Source: Deltaproteobacteria bacterium (GTDB lineage: Bacteria; Myxococcota_A; UBA9160; G020347605). From it: 42,742 nt of DNA. The notes under the pieces are model-generated. The model saw nothing but the letters and a program-made list of their open reading frames with translations. It was not told the origin of the DNA and ran no database searches. Both the position numbers and the translations under genes were made by a program. Below, one piece after another: positions 1 through 9,250 of this stretch (position 1 is its first letter; every line of letters begins with the position of its first letter). Location: contig CP070734.1 in the NCBI GenBank assembly GCA_020347605.1, positions 2,690,338 through 2,733,079 of the forward strand. Direction: 5' to 3'.

Positions 1-30
1 GGGCGCGCGCGGCTCTGCTAGGTTGCCGAA

Positions 31-2490
31 ATGACGCAGGCGGACGTATACGATCCGGCCGAGGTCGAGTCCCGCTGGCAACGGCGGTGGGACGAGGATC
101 GGCACTACGACGCCGACGTCCGCGAGGATCGGCCGAAGCACTACGCCCTCACCATGCTCCCGTACCCGTCGGGCGACCTGCACATCGGTCACTGGTACGC
201 GATGGTGCCCTCCGACGCGCGCGCCCGCTTCATGCGGCTGCGCGGCTACAACGTGATGTTCCCGATGGGCTTCGACGCCTTCGGACTGCCGGCCGAGAAC
301 GCCGCGATCAAGCGCAACCTCCACCCCCGGGACTGGACGCGCGCCAACATCGAGCGCATGCGCGGCCAGCTCCGGCGCATGGGCGCAATGTTCGACTGGC
401 GCCGCGAGGTGATCACCTGCGAGCCCGCCTTCTACCGCTGGAGCCAGTGGATCTTCCTGCGCTTCCTGGAACGGGGCCTGGCGTATCGCAAGGCGGCCCC
501 GGTCGACTTCTGCCCGAGCTGCAACACCACCCTGGCCCGGGAACAGGTCCAGGGCGAGGACCGGCACTGCGAGCGCTGCGATACGCCGGTCGAGAAGCGG
601 CATCTCGAGCAGTGGTTCTTCCGCACCACGGAATACGCGGAGGAGCTCCTCGAGTATCCGTCGCTCGATTGGCCGGAACGCGTCAAGACGCTGCAGCGGA
701 ACTGGATCGGCCGCTCCACGGGAGCGCAGGTGGTGTTCCGCACCGAGGCGGGAGACGCGATCGAGGTCTTCACCACGCGTCCCGATACGCTGTGGGGCGC
801 CACGTTCATGGTGCTGGCGCCCGAGCACCCCCTGGTCGAGCGCCTGACGACGCCGGATCGCCGCTCCGAGGTCGAGGCCTACGTCGCGCAGGCCGCGCGT
901 CAGTCGGACGTGGTGCGCGAGACCGCCGAGCGGGAGAAGACGGGTGTCTTCACGGGCGGCCACGTCGTGAATCCGGTGAACGGCGAGCGGATCCCGGTCT
1001 GGATCGCCGACTACGTGCTCATGACGTACGGAACCGGCGCGATCATGGCCGTCCCGGCCCACGATCAGCGGGACTTCGAATTCGCGCGCCGCTACGGGAT
1101 CGAGATTCGCGTCGTGATCCAGGACGAGGGCGGCGAGCGGCCGTCGGCGTCGGCACTCGAGGCGGCGCTGCCCCACGCGGGCACCATGGTGAACTCGGGT
1201 CCCCTGTCCGGGACGCCCGCCGATCAGGCCGTCGGGCGGACCGTCGAGTACCTCGAAGCCCGGAACCTCGGGCGCGCCGCCGTCGGCTACCGCCTCCGCG
1301 ACTGGCTCATCTCGCGGCAGCGCTACTGGGGCACGCCGATTCCGGTGGTCCACTGCGGCGCGTGCGGCGTGGTGCCCGTGCCGGACGCGGAGCTGCCGGT
1401 GCTGCTCCCCGACGACGTGGAGTGGCGGCCGACGGGCGAGAGCCCGCTCAAGCTGCACCCGACCTGGAAACACACCGCCTGTCCGGGTTGCGGTGGAGAC
1501 GCCGAGCGCGAAAGCGACACGATGGACACCTTCATGTGTTCGTCGCTCTACCACCTCCGCTACCTGAATCCGCGCGCCGAGGTCCCCGTCGATCCGCGCG
1601 AGTACGACTACTGGATGCCCGTCGACACCTACACGGGCGGCATCGAGCACGCGACGATGCACCTGATCTATACGCGGTTCTTTCACAAGGCGTGCCGCGA
1701 CATCGGGATCACCCGGGGTCCCGAGCCGATGATCCAGCTGCGCAACCAGGGCATCATCCTGGGCGAAGATTCGGAGAAGATGTCGAAGAGCCGGGGCAAC
1801 GTGGACGCGCCCGACGCGCTGGTCGACAGCTACGGCGCGGACACCGTCCGCGCCTACCTCATGTTCTTCGCGCGCTGGGATCAGGGCGGACCCTGGAGCA
1901 GCCAGGGGGTCGAGGGAACCGCGCGCTGGTTGCGTCGGGTCTTCGCCCTGCTCACGGATCCGGGCCGGATCGCGGGGGACGGCGGGACGCCGGGCGAGGG
2001 CGCCGAGCGGGAGCTGCGGCGCGCGACCCACCAGGTCCTCGAGCGGGTCACGCGCGACTTCGAGAGCTTCGAGTTCAACACGGTGATCTCCGCGCTGATG
2101 GAGCTCCTGAACGAGATGTACCGCCTGGCTCCGAGCTGCGACACGGGCGGCGCGGCGTGGCAGGAGTGCGTCGACATCTACCTGCGCATGCTCGCGCCGG
2201 TGGCGCCTCACCTCGCCGAGGAGCTGTGGTCGCGCCTGGAGAAGCCGTACTCGGTCCACGTCCAGGCCTGGCCCGAGGTGGATGCGGCGGCGGCGGCCGA
2301 GGACGAGATCACGCTGGTCGTGCAGGTGAACGGCAAGCTCCGCGATCGGATTCGCGTGCCCGCGGGCATCGATCGCGAGGCGGCCCGCGAGCGCGCCCTG
2401 GCGAGCGAGGCCGTCGGACGGTTCGTCTCCGGCAAGGCCGTGCGCAAGGTGATCTTCGTCCCCGGGCGCCTGGTCAACATCGTGGTCTGA
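31..2490 (+). CDS. leuS: leucine--tRNA ligase
   Basis: 819-aa ORF from ATG 31. It has the class I aaRS HIGH-type motif (PSGDLHIGH) and the KMSKS motif (EKMSKSRGN). Length and the large editing insertion are typical of bacterial LeuRS. Confidence 0.97.
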   Translation: MTQADVYDPAEVESRWQRRWDEDRHYDADVREDRPKHYALTMLPYPSGDLHIGHWYAMVPSDARARFMRLRGYNVMFPMGFDAFGLPAENAAIKRNLHPRDWTRANIERMRGQLRRMGAMFDWRREVITCEPAFYRWSQWIFLRFLERGLAYRKAAPVDFCPSCNTTLAREQVQGEDRHCERCDTPVEKRHLEQWFFRTTEYAEELLEYPSLDWPERVKTLQRNWIGRSTGAQVVFRTEAGDAIEVFTTRPDTLWGATFMVLAPEHPLVERLTTPDRRSEVEAYVAQAARQSDVVRETAEREKTGVFTGGHVVNPVNGERIPVWIADYVLMTYGTGAIMAVPAHDQRDFEFARRYGIEIRVVIQDEGGERPSASALEAALPHAGTMVNSGPLSGTPADQAVGRTVEYLEARNLGRAAVGYRLRDWLISRQRYWGTPIPVVHCGACGVVPVPDAELPVLLPDDVEWRPTGESPLKLHPTWKHTACPGCGGDAERESDTMDTFMCSSLYHLRYLNPRAEVPVDPREYDYWMPVDTYTGGIEHATMHLIYTRFFHKACRDIGITRGPEPMIQLRNQGIILGEDSEKMSKSRGNVDAPDALVDSYGADTVRAYLMFFARWDQGGPWSSQGVEGTARWLRRVFALLTDPGRIAGDGGTPGEGAERELRRATHQVLERVTRDFESFEFNTVISALMELLNEMYRLAPSCDTGGAAWQECVDIYLRMLAPVAPHLAEELWSRLEKPYSVHVQAWPEVDAAAAAEDEITLVVQVNGKLRDRIRVPAGIDREAARERALASEAVGRFVSGKAVRKVIFVPGRLVNIVV

Positions 2491-2494
2491 GGAC

Positions 2495-3331
2495 GTGGCG
2501 CGACCCGCGGCCGAGAGGGCCGAGATCTTCGTCGTCTCGGACGGCACGGGCGACACGGCGGCCGCTGCGGTCGAAGCCGCGATGCTCCAGTTCCACACGC
2601 CGTGGCGCGTCCGCCGCTTCCGCGACGTGCGCCACGCGTCCCAGGTGCGGCGCATCGTCGAGCTGGCCCAGAGCTCCGCGTCGCTCATCGTGTTCACGCT
2701 GGTGGAGAAGCGGGTCGCCCAGGAGCTCCGCGACCGCGGAGCCCTGCTGGGGGTGCCCACGGTCGACCTGCTGGGGTCCCTCATCTCGAAGATCGCGCAG
2801 CACCTGCGGGCCGAGCCCCGCCTCGAGCCCGGGCTGCTGCACGGGTTCTCGGACGAGTACTTCGCGCGGATCGAGGCCGTCGAATACGCGGTGCGCCACG
2901 ACGACGGCGCGAATCTGGACACGCTGTTCGAGGCCGACATCGTGCTGACCGGCGTTTCGCGCACCTCGAAGACGCCGCTCACGATGTATCTGGCGCAGCG
3001 CGGCTTCCGGACGGCGAACATTCCGCTGGTCCCGGGTGTGCCGCCGCCGCGGGCCCTGCTCGAGATGGACAAGCGGCGCGTCTTCGGGCTCACGATCGCG
3101 CCGGAGACGCTGGTCACCGTTCGCAAGAATCGCGAGCGGATCCTGCGCGCGCTGCCGTACGGGAGCTACGCGCAGCGCGAGGAGATCGTCCGGGAGCTGG
3201 AGACCGCGCGCCGACTGTTCCGCCGCGAAGGCTGGCGCGTGATCGACATCTCGGGGCGGGCGGTGGAGGAGAATGCCGCCCAGATCATCGAATACCTCGA
3301 AGAGGCCACCAAGCCGCGCCTCGAGCGCTAG
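2495..3331 (+). CDS. DUF299 kinase/pyrophosphorylase (PEP synthase / pyruvate,phosphate dikinase regulatory protein, PpsR-like)
   Basis: 278-aa ORF with a GTG start 4 nt after the leuS stop. N-terminal FVVSDGTGDTA and the P-loop-like GVSRTSKTPLTMYLA are characteristic of the PpsR/PDRP family. Confidence 0.85.
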   Translation: MARPAAERAEIFVVSDGTGDTAAAAVEAAMLQFHTPWRVRRFRDVRHASQVRRIVELAQSSASLIVFTLVEKRVAQELRDRGALLGVPTVDLLGSLISKIAQHLRAEPRLEPGLLHGFSDEYFARIEAVEYAVRHDDGANLDTLFEADIVLTGVSRTSKTPLTMYLAQRGFRTANIPLVPGVPPPRALLEMDKRRVFGLTIAPETLVTVRKNRERILRALPYGSYAQREEIVRELETARRLFRREGWRVIDISGRAVEENAAQIIEYLEEATKPRLER

Positions 3332-3372
3332 CCCCGCACGCGCGATCGCGCTCCGGGCCGGCCTCCGCGGGA

Positions 3373-6300
3373 CTACGAGGCGTGCTGCTCGGCGCGCCGT
3401 TGCTCGAGGGCGGCGAGCTGCTCCTCCGTCATGAGATTGGTGGCGAACTTCGGCTTGATGATCGAATAGAAGGCCGGCACGATCGTGATGGCGCCCAGCA
3501 TGTTGATCACCATCAGGATCACGAGCAGGCCCGCCATCTCCGCCTGGTAGCGAAGGCTCGATTGCGTCCACAGCACGATCCCGCCGACGATGGTCGTGGC
3601 CGTGAAGCTCACCGCCATGCCCGTGGTTCGGATCGCGCGTCGGATCGACTCGTCGATGTCGCCGCCGGTTTCGACGACCTCCTGGCGGATGCGGTCCACG
3701 ATGTAGATCGCGTAGTCGACGCCGATGCCGACGCCCACCGACTGGACGGGGAGCGTGTTGATGTTGAGTCCCACGCCGCGCAGCGCCATGTAGGCCAACG
3801 AGATCATCGTGGCCGTGGCCAGCTGGATCACGATGATGGTGCCGCTCCACAGCGAGCGGTACGTGATCGCCTGCAGCACGTAGATCACGAGCAGGATCAG
3901 CGAGATGTTGGCGACGTGACCGCGCTCGACCTCGTCGTTGATCGCCGCCAGGATGCCCATCACGCCGCCCGCCATCACGAACTGCATGCCGCGCGTCCAC
4001 GACTGCGTGCCCTGATACTTCGGAACCGAGTCGATCGCCTTCAGGTCCTGGACGATCAGGTCCTTGGTGTTGACGGCCACCGCACGCAACCCGAGCTCTT
4101 CGTCCTCCCACCACTGGTTCACGTCGCCCAAATCCCAGTCCGCGAGCGTTTCGGGCCACGGGAAGTACTCGTCCTCGGGCCACGAGTCGCGCGTCTCCTC
4201 GTAGTCGTAGGTGGCCGCCTCGCGGAACTCGTCGATCCAGTCCGGCAGCCGGCCGCCGGACGCGGCCTGGATGTTCCGCGGCAGGTACTGGCCGTTCTCG
4301 CGCACCCGCACGGAGAGCGTGTGGTTCCGCGGCGGAAGCAGCGGCCCCAGCATGTAGTAGAGATTGTCGGCCATCCGGTCGTACTCGAAGAAGCTCGCGC
4401 CCGACTCGGCCTGGTCGATGTCGAGCCGGATCGAAACCTCGCCGAGCGGGTTCCGCTTGATGAATTCCTGGGCCGTCACCACGGCGCGGTTGATCGTCTC
4501 GCCCTTGTGATCCGGGTAGATGAACGAGATGTTCGCGTCCTTGCCGTCGTCGGTCATGAACGGGCGCAGGAAGCCCGGCGGCCCGTTGGTCTGCAGCTGG
4601 AAGATGATGCCGCGGACGGTCGCGGCGTCTCCCGGAACGAAGCCCCACTTGGGATCTCCGTAGTGGTTGATGCGCCAGGAGTTGTGGATGAAGGGCACCA
4701 GCGAAACCGAGGCCCCGAGGTCCGTGTGGGCGCGCATGAAGCGCTCGAAGGCTTCCATGGTGCGCACCGGCACGGCATCCGCGCTGGCGTTCTTGCGGTC
4801 GCCGTAGGTGTAGACCACCAGCGAGTCGACGCCGCCGAACTTCGTGGCGACCGTCGCCGTGGCGACGTTGAACTCGTGGTCGGGCCAGAGCAGCGGCGTG
4901 CCCGGTCGCGCCTCGCCGATCGTCGAGCGGGTGAAGACGATGTAGAGCGAGGCCGACAGCAGCACCACGGCGGTGCCCGCCACGGCGTAGCGCCCGACCG
5001 GGTGCGTGACGACGTTTCCGAGTCCGCCGAGGAGGCGGACCATGAAGCCCGGCAGGTAGTGCTCCGCGTCGTGGGGCGGGGCCAGGTAGCAAATCATGAC
5101 GGGGTGCAGGATCTCGACGGTGAAGAAGATCGTCGCGACCCAGAACGCGCCGAAGATCGCGAGATCGCGCATCTGCGGGATGGAGGTGATCAGGATGACG
5201 AGGAGCCCGAGGAAGTCCGTCACGATGCCCAGCGTCCCGGGGACGATCAGCTCGCCCATCGCGACGGTCGCCGCCTCGACCTTGGCCTTCTCGGTGTCGC
5301 CGTCGAAGCGCGGCAGCAGCAGCTCGTAGTCCTCGAAGAAGCGCTCCGCCATCTGCACCGTGTGCGAGACGGCGCGCGCGGTGATGATCATGGGGATCAC
5401 CAGGATCAGCGGGTCGAAGTTGATGCCGACCCAGCCGGTGAATCCGAGCCCCCAGACCGCCGTGGCGATGGCGGCGACGAACGGGATCAGCACACCGTGC
5501 AGGCGCCGGAAGTAGGCGAGCAGCAGCAGGAACGTGGCGACCACCGTCAGGCTCACGAACAGGCCGATCTCGAAGGCGTGCTTGAAGATCCAGCCGCGCA
5601 GGATCGGCTCGCCGGTCACGAAGAGCTCGATGTCGTCGGACTCCTCGGCGGCCTTGATCTTCTGTACGTGGTTGAAGACCGCCTCGTAGACGGCGCGGCT
5701 CGACAGGCGGTCGGGCACGAAGCCCGCCACCATCAGCGCGCCCTTCTCGTCGCGCGAGACCAGGCGCCCGAAGATGTAGGGGGGGTTCTGGCGCACGAGC
5801 TCGCGGAGGGCGTCGGCCTCCTCCTGGGTCTCGGGCAGCTTGCTCATCAGCAGCGAATTGATGATCGCCCCGTCCGGCTCGACCTGGATGACGCGCGTGC
5901 TCTGGTGGGCGATCGACTGGATCTGATAGTGGTTCACGGGATACGGCGGATAGGCGCGGTCGAGGAGGCGCGTGATCTCCTCGGACTCCAGTCCCTCTTC
6001 CTCGAGCTCGTAGCGCAACGTCTCGCGCTCTTCGGTGTGGCTGTCGTAGCCGATCCCGTCCAGCGCCTTGGTGATGCGCGAGATCTTCGCCAGGATCTCG
6101 GGTGTGAAGATCGTGCCGTCCTTCACGATCAGGCCGATCACGACCACCGAGGAGCCGCCGAACTGGCTCGCGAACTTGTCCTGGGCGTGGATGAAGGGGT
6201 GGTCCGGAAGGATGGCGCGCGCCGAGGTGTCCACGCGCACCGCCGGACCGGGCAGCGGATGGCCGAAGCCGGTCGAGACGGCGTTCACCGTGGGATAGAG

Positions 6301-6417
6301 GAAGAACAGGGTGGTGCCGATCAGGAACAGGGCGACCCAGCCGCGAAATCGCACGACCAGGCGTGCGAAGCGAAGGGTTGCGGTTTCCCGGATCTCGTGC
6401 GCGAACGGTTCGGCCAT
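3373..6417 (-). CDS. RND superfamily (MMPL-type) exporter
   Basis: 1014-aa ORF. Topology is one N-terminal TM, a large soluble loop, a 5-TM bundle (FDPLILVIPMIITARAVSH), a second large loop and a second 5-TM bundle (GVGIGVDYAIYIVDRI), as in RND/MMPL transporters. Confidence 0.85.
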   Translation of the reverse strand: MAEPFAHEIRETATLRFARLVVRFRGWVALFLIGTTLFFLYPTVNAVSTGFGHPLPGPAVRVDTSARAILPDHPFIHAQDKFASQFGGSSVVVIGLIVKDGTIFTPEILAKISRITKALDGIGYDSHTEERETLRYELEEEGLESEEITRLLDRAYPPYPVNHYQIQSIAHQSTRVIQVEPDGAIINSLLMSKLPETQEEADALRELVRQNPPYIFGRLVSRDEKGALMVAGFVPDRLSSRAVYEAVFNHVQKIKAAEESDDIELFVTGEPILRGWIFKHAFEIGLFVSLTVVATFLLLLAYFRRLHGVLIPFVAAIATAVWGLGFTGWVGINFDPLILVIPMIITARAVSHTVQMAERFFEDYELLLPRFDGDTEKAKVEAATVAMGELIVPGTLGIVTDFLGLLVILITSIPQMRDLAIFGAFWVATIFFTVEILHPVMICYLAPPHDAEHYLPGFMVRLLGGLGNVVTHPVGRYAVAGTAVVLLSASLYIVFTRSTIGEARPGTPLLWPDHEFNVATATVATKFGGVDSLVVYTYGDRKNASADAVPVRTMEAFERFMRAHTDLGASVSLVPFIHNSWRINHYGDPKWGFVPGDAATVRGIIFQLQTNGPPGFLRPFMTDDGKDANISFIYPDHKGETINRAVVTAQEFIKRNPLGEVSIRLDIDQAESGASFFEYDRMADNLYYMLGPLLPPRNHTLSVRVRENGQYLPRNIQAASGGRLPDWIDEFREAATYDYEETRDSWPEDEYFPWPETLADWDLGDVNQWWEDEELGLRAVAVNTKDLIVQDLKAIDSVPKYQGTQSWTRGMQFVMAGGVMGILAAINDEVERGHVANISLILLVIYVLQAITYRSLWSGTIIVIQLATATMISLAYMALRGVGLNINTLPVQSVGVGIGVDYAIYIVDRIRQEVVETGGDIDESIRRAIRTTGMAVSFTATTIVGGIVLWTQSSLRYQAEMAGLLVILMVINMLGAITIVPAFYSIIKPKFATNLMTEEQLAALEQRRAEQHAS

Positions 6418-6565
6418 GGACGCTCGGATTCCTCGCGGTGCGCCCTGGCGGTTCCGACGACTGGCCCGGGGGGCGCAGCGGGCATGGCTAGGGCAGCAGT
6501 CGTGGTGGCTTCATGCCGACGCGGGGTCTTCGCCCCCGGCCGCACGTTAAATCCGGAGGGGATTC

Positions 6566-7594
6566 GTGGTCAAGCAAATCCGTTCGCGCGCGCCACATCG
6601 CCCACGGGTGTTCGTCACGCGCGCGCTTCCGGGCACCGGGCTCGAGCGGCTTGCCGCGCGGACGCACCTGGAGGTCTGGCCCGCCCCGGGGGGCCCGAGC
6701 TACGCAGAGCTCGTGCGCGGCGCGCGCGACGCCGACGCGCTGCTCTGCATGCTGACCGACCGCGTCGACGCGGCGCTGCTGGGGGCCTGCACGCGGCTGC
6801 GCGTCGTGTCGAGCTGCTCCGTCGGCCTCGACCACGTCGACCTGGCAGAGGCCACGCGGCGTGGCATTCCCGTCGGGCACACGCCCGGCGTGCTCGCCGA
6901 GACGACCGCCGATCTCGCGTTCGCGCTCCTGCTGGCCACGGCGCGCCGCGTGGCCGAGGCGGATCGCTTCGTCCGCTCCGGAGGCTGGACGCCCGAACGC
7001 CGCTGGGAGCCCGAGCTCCTGCTCGGACGCGACGTACACGGCGCCGTGCTGGGCAGCGTCGGCCTCGGACAGATCGGCCGGGCGATGGCGCGGCGCGCAG
7101 CGGGCTTCGGCATGCGCGTGCTCGGGTGGTCGCGGTCGCGGCGGCGCGTTGCCGGCGTGGAGCGCGTCGCTCTCGAAGATCTCCTCGCAGGCTCCGACGC
7201 GGTGACGATCCACCTCGCGCTGACGCCCGAGACGCGCGGGCTCCTCGACGCGCGCGCGCTCGCGCGCATGAAGCCGGAGGCGTTCCTGATCAACACGGCG
7301 CGCGGCGGGATCGTGGACGAAGCCGCCCTTGCCGAGGCGCTGGCCGCAGGTCGCCTGGCCGGTGCCGGTATCGACGTGTTCGAGAGCGAGCCGCTGGCGC
7401 CGTCGAGCCCGCTGCTCGCACTCGAGAATGTGGTTTTGACACCCCACATCGGCAGCGCGAGCATTGCCACGCGCGTGCGCATGGCGGATCTGGCGGTGGA
7501 GAACGTGTTGGCCGGGTTGGCTGCGCGGGCGCTTCCGCACTGCGCGAACCCGGAGGTCCAGCCCGCCTCGGCCACGCGCTCCCGCCGCCGCTAG
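6566..7594 (+). CDS. D-isomer-specific 2-hydroxyacid dehydrogenase (glyoxylate/hydroxypyruvate reductase-like)
   Basis: 342-aa ORF with GTG 6566 preceded by GGAGGG 5 nt upstream. It has the NAD-binding loop GLGQIGRAMARR, the catalytic-region motifs NTARGGIVDE and LTPHIGSA. Confidence 0.9.
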   Translation: MVKQIRSRAPHRPRVFVTRALPGTGLERLAARTHLEVWPAPGGPSYAELVRGARDADALLCMLTDRVDAALLGACTRLRVVSSCSVGLDHVDLAEATRRGIPVGHTPGVLAETTADLAFALLLATARRVAEADRFVRSGGWTPERRWEPELLLGRDVHGAVLGSVGLGQIGRAMARRAAGFGMRVLGWSRSRRRVAGVERVALEDLLAGSDAVTIHLALTPETRGLLDARALARMKPEAFLINTARGGIVDEAALAEALAAGRLAGAGIDVFESEPLAPSSPLLALENVVLTPHIGSASIATRVRMADLAVENVLAGLAARALPHCANPEVQPASATRSRRR

Positions 7595-8193
7595 AGCGGG
7601 CAGCGCGACAGAAAGGCGCGCGGGGAAACCACCTGCGCACCGTGGTGCCGGACGCGGTCGGCCAGCCTGCGATCCGCCGTGACGACCGCGATTCGGGCTG
7701 CGTCATCGGCGCTCTTGACGCGCCGCACCAGCCACTCGTCGGCCGAATCCGCGAAGACCACGCGAACGGGTGAATCCGGCGCGGGATGCTCGGCGCTCTC
7801 CGGGTCGCGCCGGGCCGCATCGAAGACGACGCAGAGCTCCGCGTCCGGCCGCGCGAAACGCTCGACCCGCTCGACGACCCGCGCCTGCATCGGCGCCGTC
7901 CACCAGCCCGCGCGGTCCGGGCCGCGCAGCACGCCCGCGTGCAGCACGTTGTAGCCGTCGATCAGGAACACGCGGGGCTCGGCGTCGAGCGGCGCGCGTC
8001 CGCCGGAGTCGTCATGAACCGCCATCGGGCGCGTAGGATAGGGGGCCCCGCCCGGAGCGGCCCAGGCCTCGAGCGCGGCCCAGGCCAGGCCGAAGGCGAC
8101 GAATCCCACCACGATCGCGACGGTCTCGAGCGCTCCGCACGTCCATCCCCAGCGCCCGTGTCCGTAGCCGTGCCCGCGCGTCATTCCCCTCAT
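7591..8193 (-). CDS. NYN/YacP-like (DUF901) predicted RNase domain protein with N-terminal Gly/His/Trp-rich segment and one TM helix
   Basis: The C-terminal ~140 aa start with the YacP hallmark RVFLIDGYNVLHAG and end with AVVTADRRLADRV. ATG 8193 has AAGGGAG 5 nt upstream. GC3 stays high through the N-terminal GHGYGHGRWGW + ALETVAIVVGFVAFGLAWAAL segment. ATG 8025 is an alternative, shorter start. Confidence 0.7.
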   Translation of the reverse strand: MRGMTRGHGYGHGRWGWTCGALETVAIVVGFVAFGLAWAALEAWAAPGGAPYPTRPMAVHDDSGGRAPLDAEPRVFLIDGYNVLHAGVLRGPDRAGWWTAPMQARVVERVERFARPDAELCVVFDAARRDPESAEHPAPDSPVRVVFADSADEWLVRRVKSADDAARIAVVTADRRLADRVRHHGAQVVSPRAFLSRCPL

Positions 8194-8263
8194 GCGCACT
8201 CCCTTCACGCCTCGCTCCTCCCCGCGCCTCCCCGCGCGCATCCTCAGCAGGCTGACGCGGCAT

Positions 8264-8282
8264 CGTGACAGCACCGGTCACG
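8264..8282. promoter_or_regulatory. palindrome CGTGAC-N7-GTCACG in a divergent promoter region (possible operator)
   Basis: The sequence cgtgacagcaccggtcacg lies in the 154-nt spacer between the divergently transcribed NYN-like gene and aguB. Confidence 0.3.
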
Positions 8283-8347
8283 CGCTCCGCGGCGCCGCGG
8301 GGGCGGCGCGCCTTGCGCCCCGCGAGGCCGTGGCGTACCCAGATCAC

Positions 8348-9250
8348 ATGCCCGATCCGGCCCCCGCCGAGCCGCGCTTCCCGGTCGCGCTGGTCCAGAT
8401 GCGCTGCGCCGAGAGCGCGGAGGCCAACCTCGCCTGCGCCCTGGCGCGCATCGGCGAGGCCGCGCGCAGCGGGGCGCGGCTCGTATGCCTGCCGGAGCTG
8501 TTCCGCACGCGGTACCCGTGTCAGGCGGAGGACGCCGGGAACTTCGCCTCGGCCGAGGCGATCCCCGGGCCGACCACGGAGTCGCTGGCCAAGGCCGCGG
8601 CCGAGCACGGTGTCGCGGTGGTGGGATCGGTCTTCGAGCGGCGCGCGGAGGGCCTCTACCACAACACCGCGGTGGTGTTCGACGGCGACGGCCGACTGCT
8701 CGGCGCGTACCGCAAGATGCACATCCCCGACGACCCCCTCTACTACGAGAAGTTCTACTTCACGCCGGGCGATCTCGGGTTCCGCGCCTTCGACACCGCG
8801 GGCGCGCGGGTGGGCGCGCTGGTGTGCTGGGACCAGTGGTTTCCCGAAGCCGCCCGCTTGACGGCGTTGGCCGGCGCGCAGCTGCTGGTCTACCCGACGG
8901 CGATCGGCTGGCAGTTCGACGAAGGGGACGCGGAGGACGCCTCGCAGCACGACGCGTGGGAGACCATCCAGCGCAGCCACGCCATCGCCAACGGCGTGTT
9001 CGTCGTCGCGGTGAACCGCGTCGGTCGCGAGGACGGGATCCGTTTCTGGGGTCAGTCGTTCGTGGCCGACCCGTTCGGGCGGGTGCTGGGGCGCGCCTCC
9101 GCCAGCGACGAGCAGCTGCTGCTGGTGGAGTGCGACCTGTCGCAGATCGGTCGCACGCGCCAGGCCTGGCCGTTCCTGCGCGACCGCCGCATCGACGCCT
9201 ACGGCGACCTCACCCGCCGTTTCCGGGATGACGGCGGAACGCACGACTGA
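8348..9250 (+). CDS. aguB: N-carbamoylputrescine amidase (carbon-nitrogen hydrolase family)
   Basis: CN-hydrolase Glu-Lys-Cys context is present (LPELF, YRKMHIPDDP, ALVCWDQWFPE). It sits immediately upstream of, and overlaps, an agmatine deiminase gene. The start was chosen at ATG 8348 (MPDPAPAEPRFPVALVQ); the longer ORF from 8192 overlaps the divergent gene. Confidence 0.85.
   Translation: MPDPAPAEPRFPVALVQMRCAESAEANLACALARIGEAARSGARLVCLPELFRTRYPCQAEDAGNFASAEAIPGPTTESLAKAAAEHGVAVVGSVFERRAEGLYHNTAVVFDGDGRLLGAYRKMHIPDDPLYYEKFYFTPGDLGFRAFDTAGARVGALVCWDQWFPEAARLTALAGAQLLVYPTAIGWQFDEGDAEDASQHDAWETIQRSHAIANGVFVVAVNRVGREDGIRFWGQSFVADPFGRVLGRASASDEQLLLVECDLSQIGRTRQAWPFLRDRRIDAYGDLTRRFRDDGGTHD

Noticed and set aside
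2474-5092. An 872-aa minus-strand ORF
   Set aside because: It is out of frame with the RND exporter on the same strand and antisense to the PpsR-like gene. The composition is Arg/Gly/Pro-rich and there are no motifs. It is a shadow ORF.
2602-7773. A 1723-aa ORF on the plus strand, the longest in the track
   Set aside because: It runs antisense or out of frame across four well-supported genes (PpsR-like, RND exporter, 2-HADH, NYN-like). Its product is a low-complexity Arg/Ala/Gly/Asp string with no recognisable domain. This is a typical stop-codon-poor shadow frame in GC-rich DNA.
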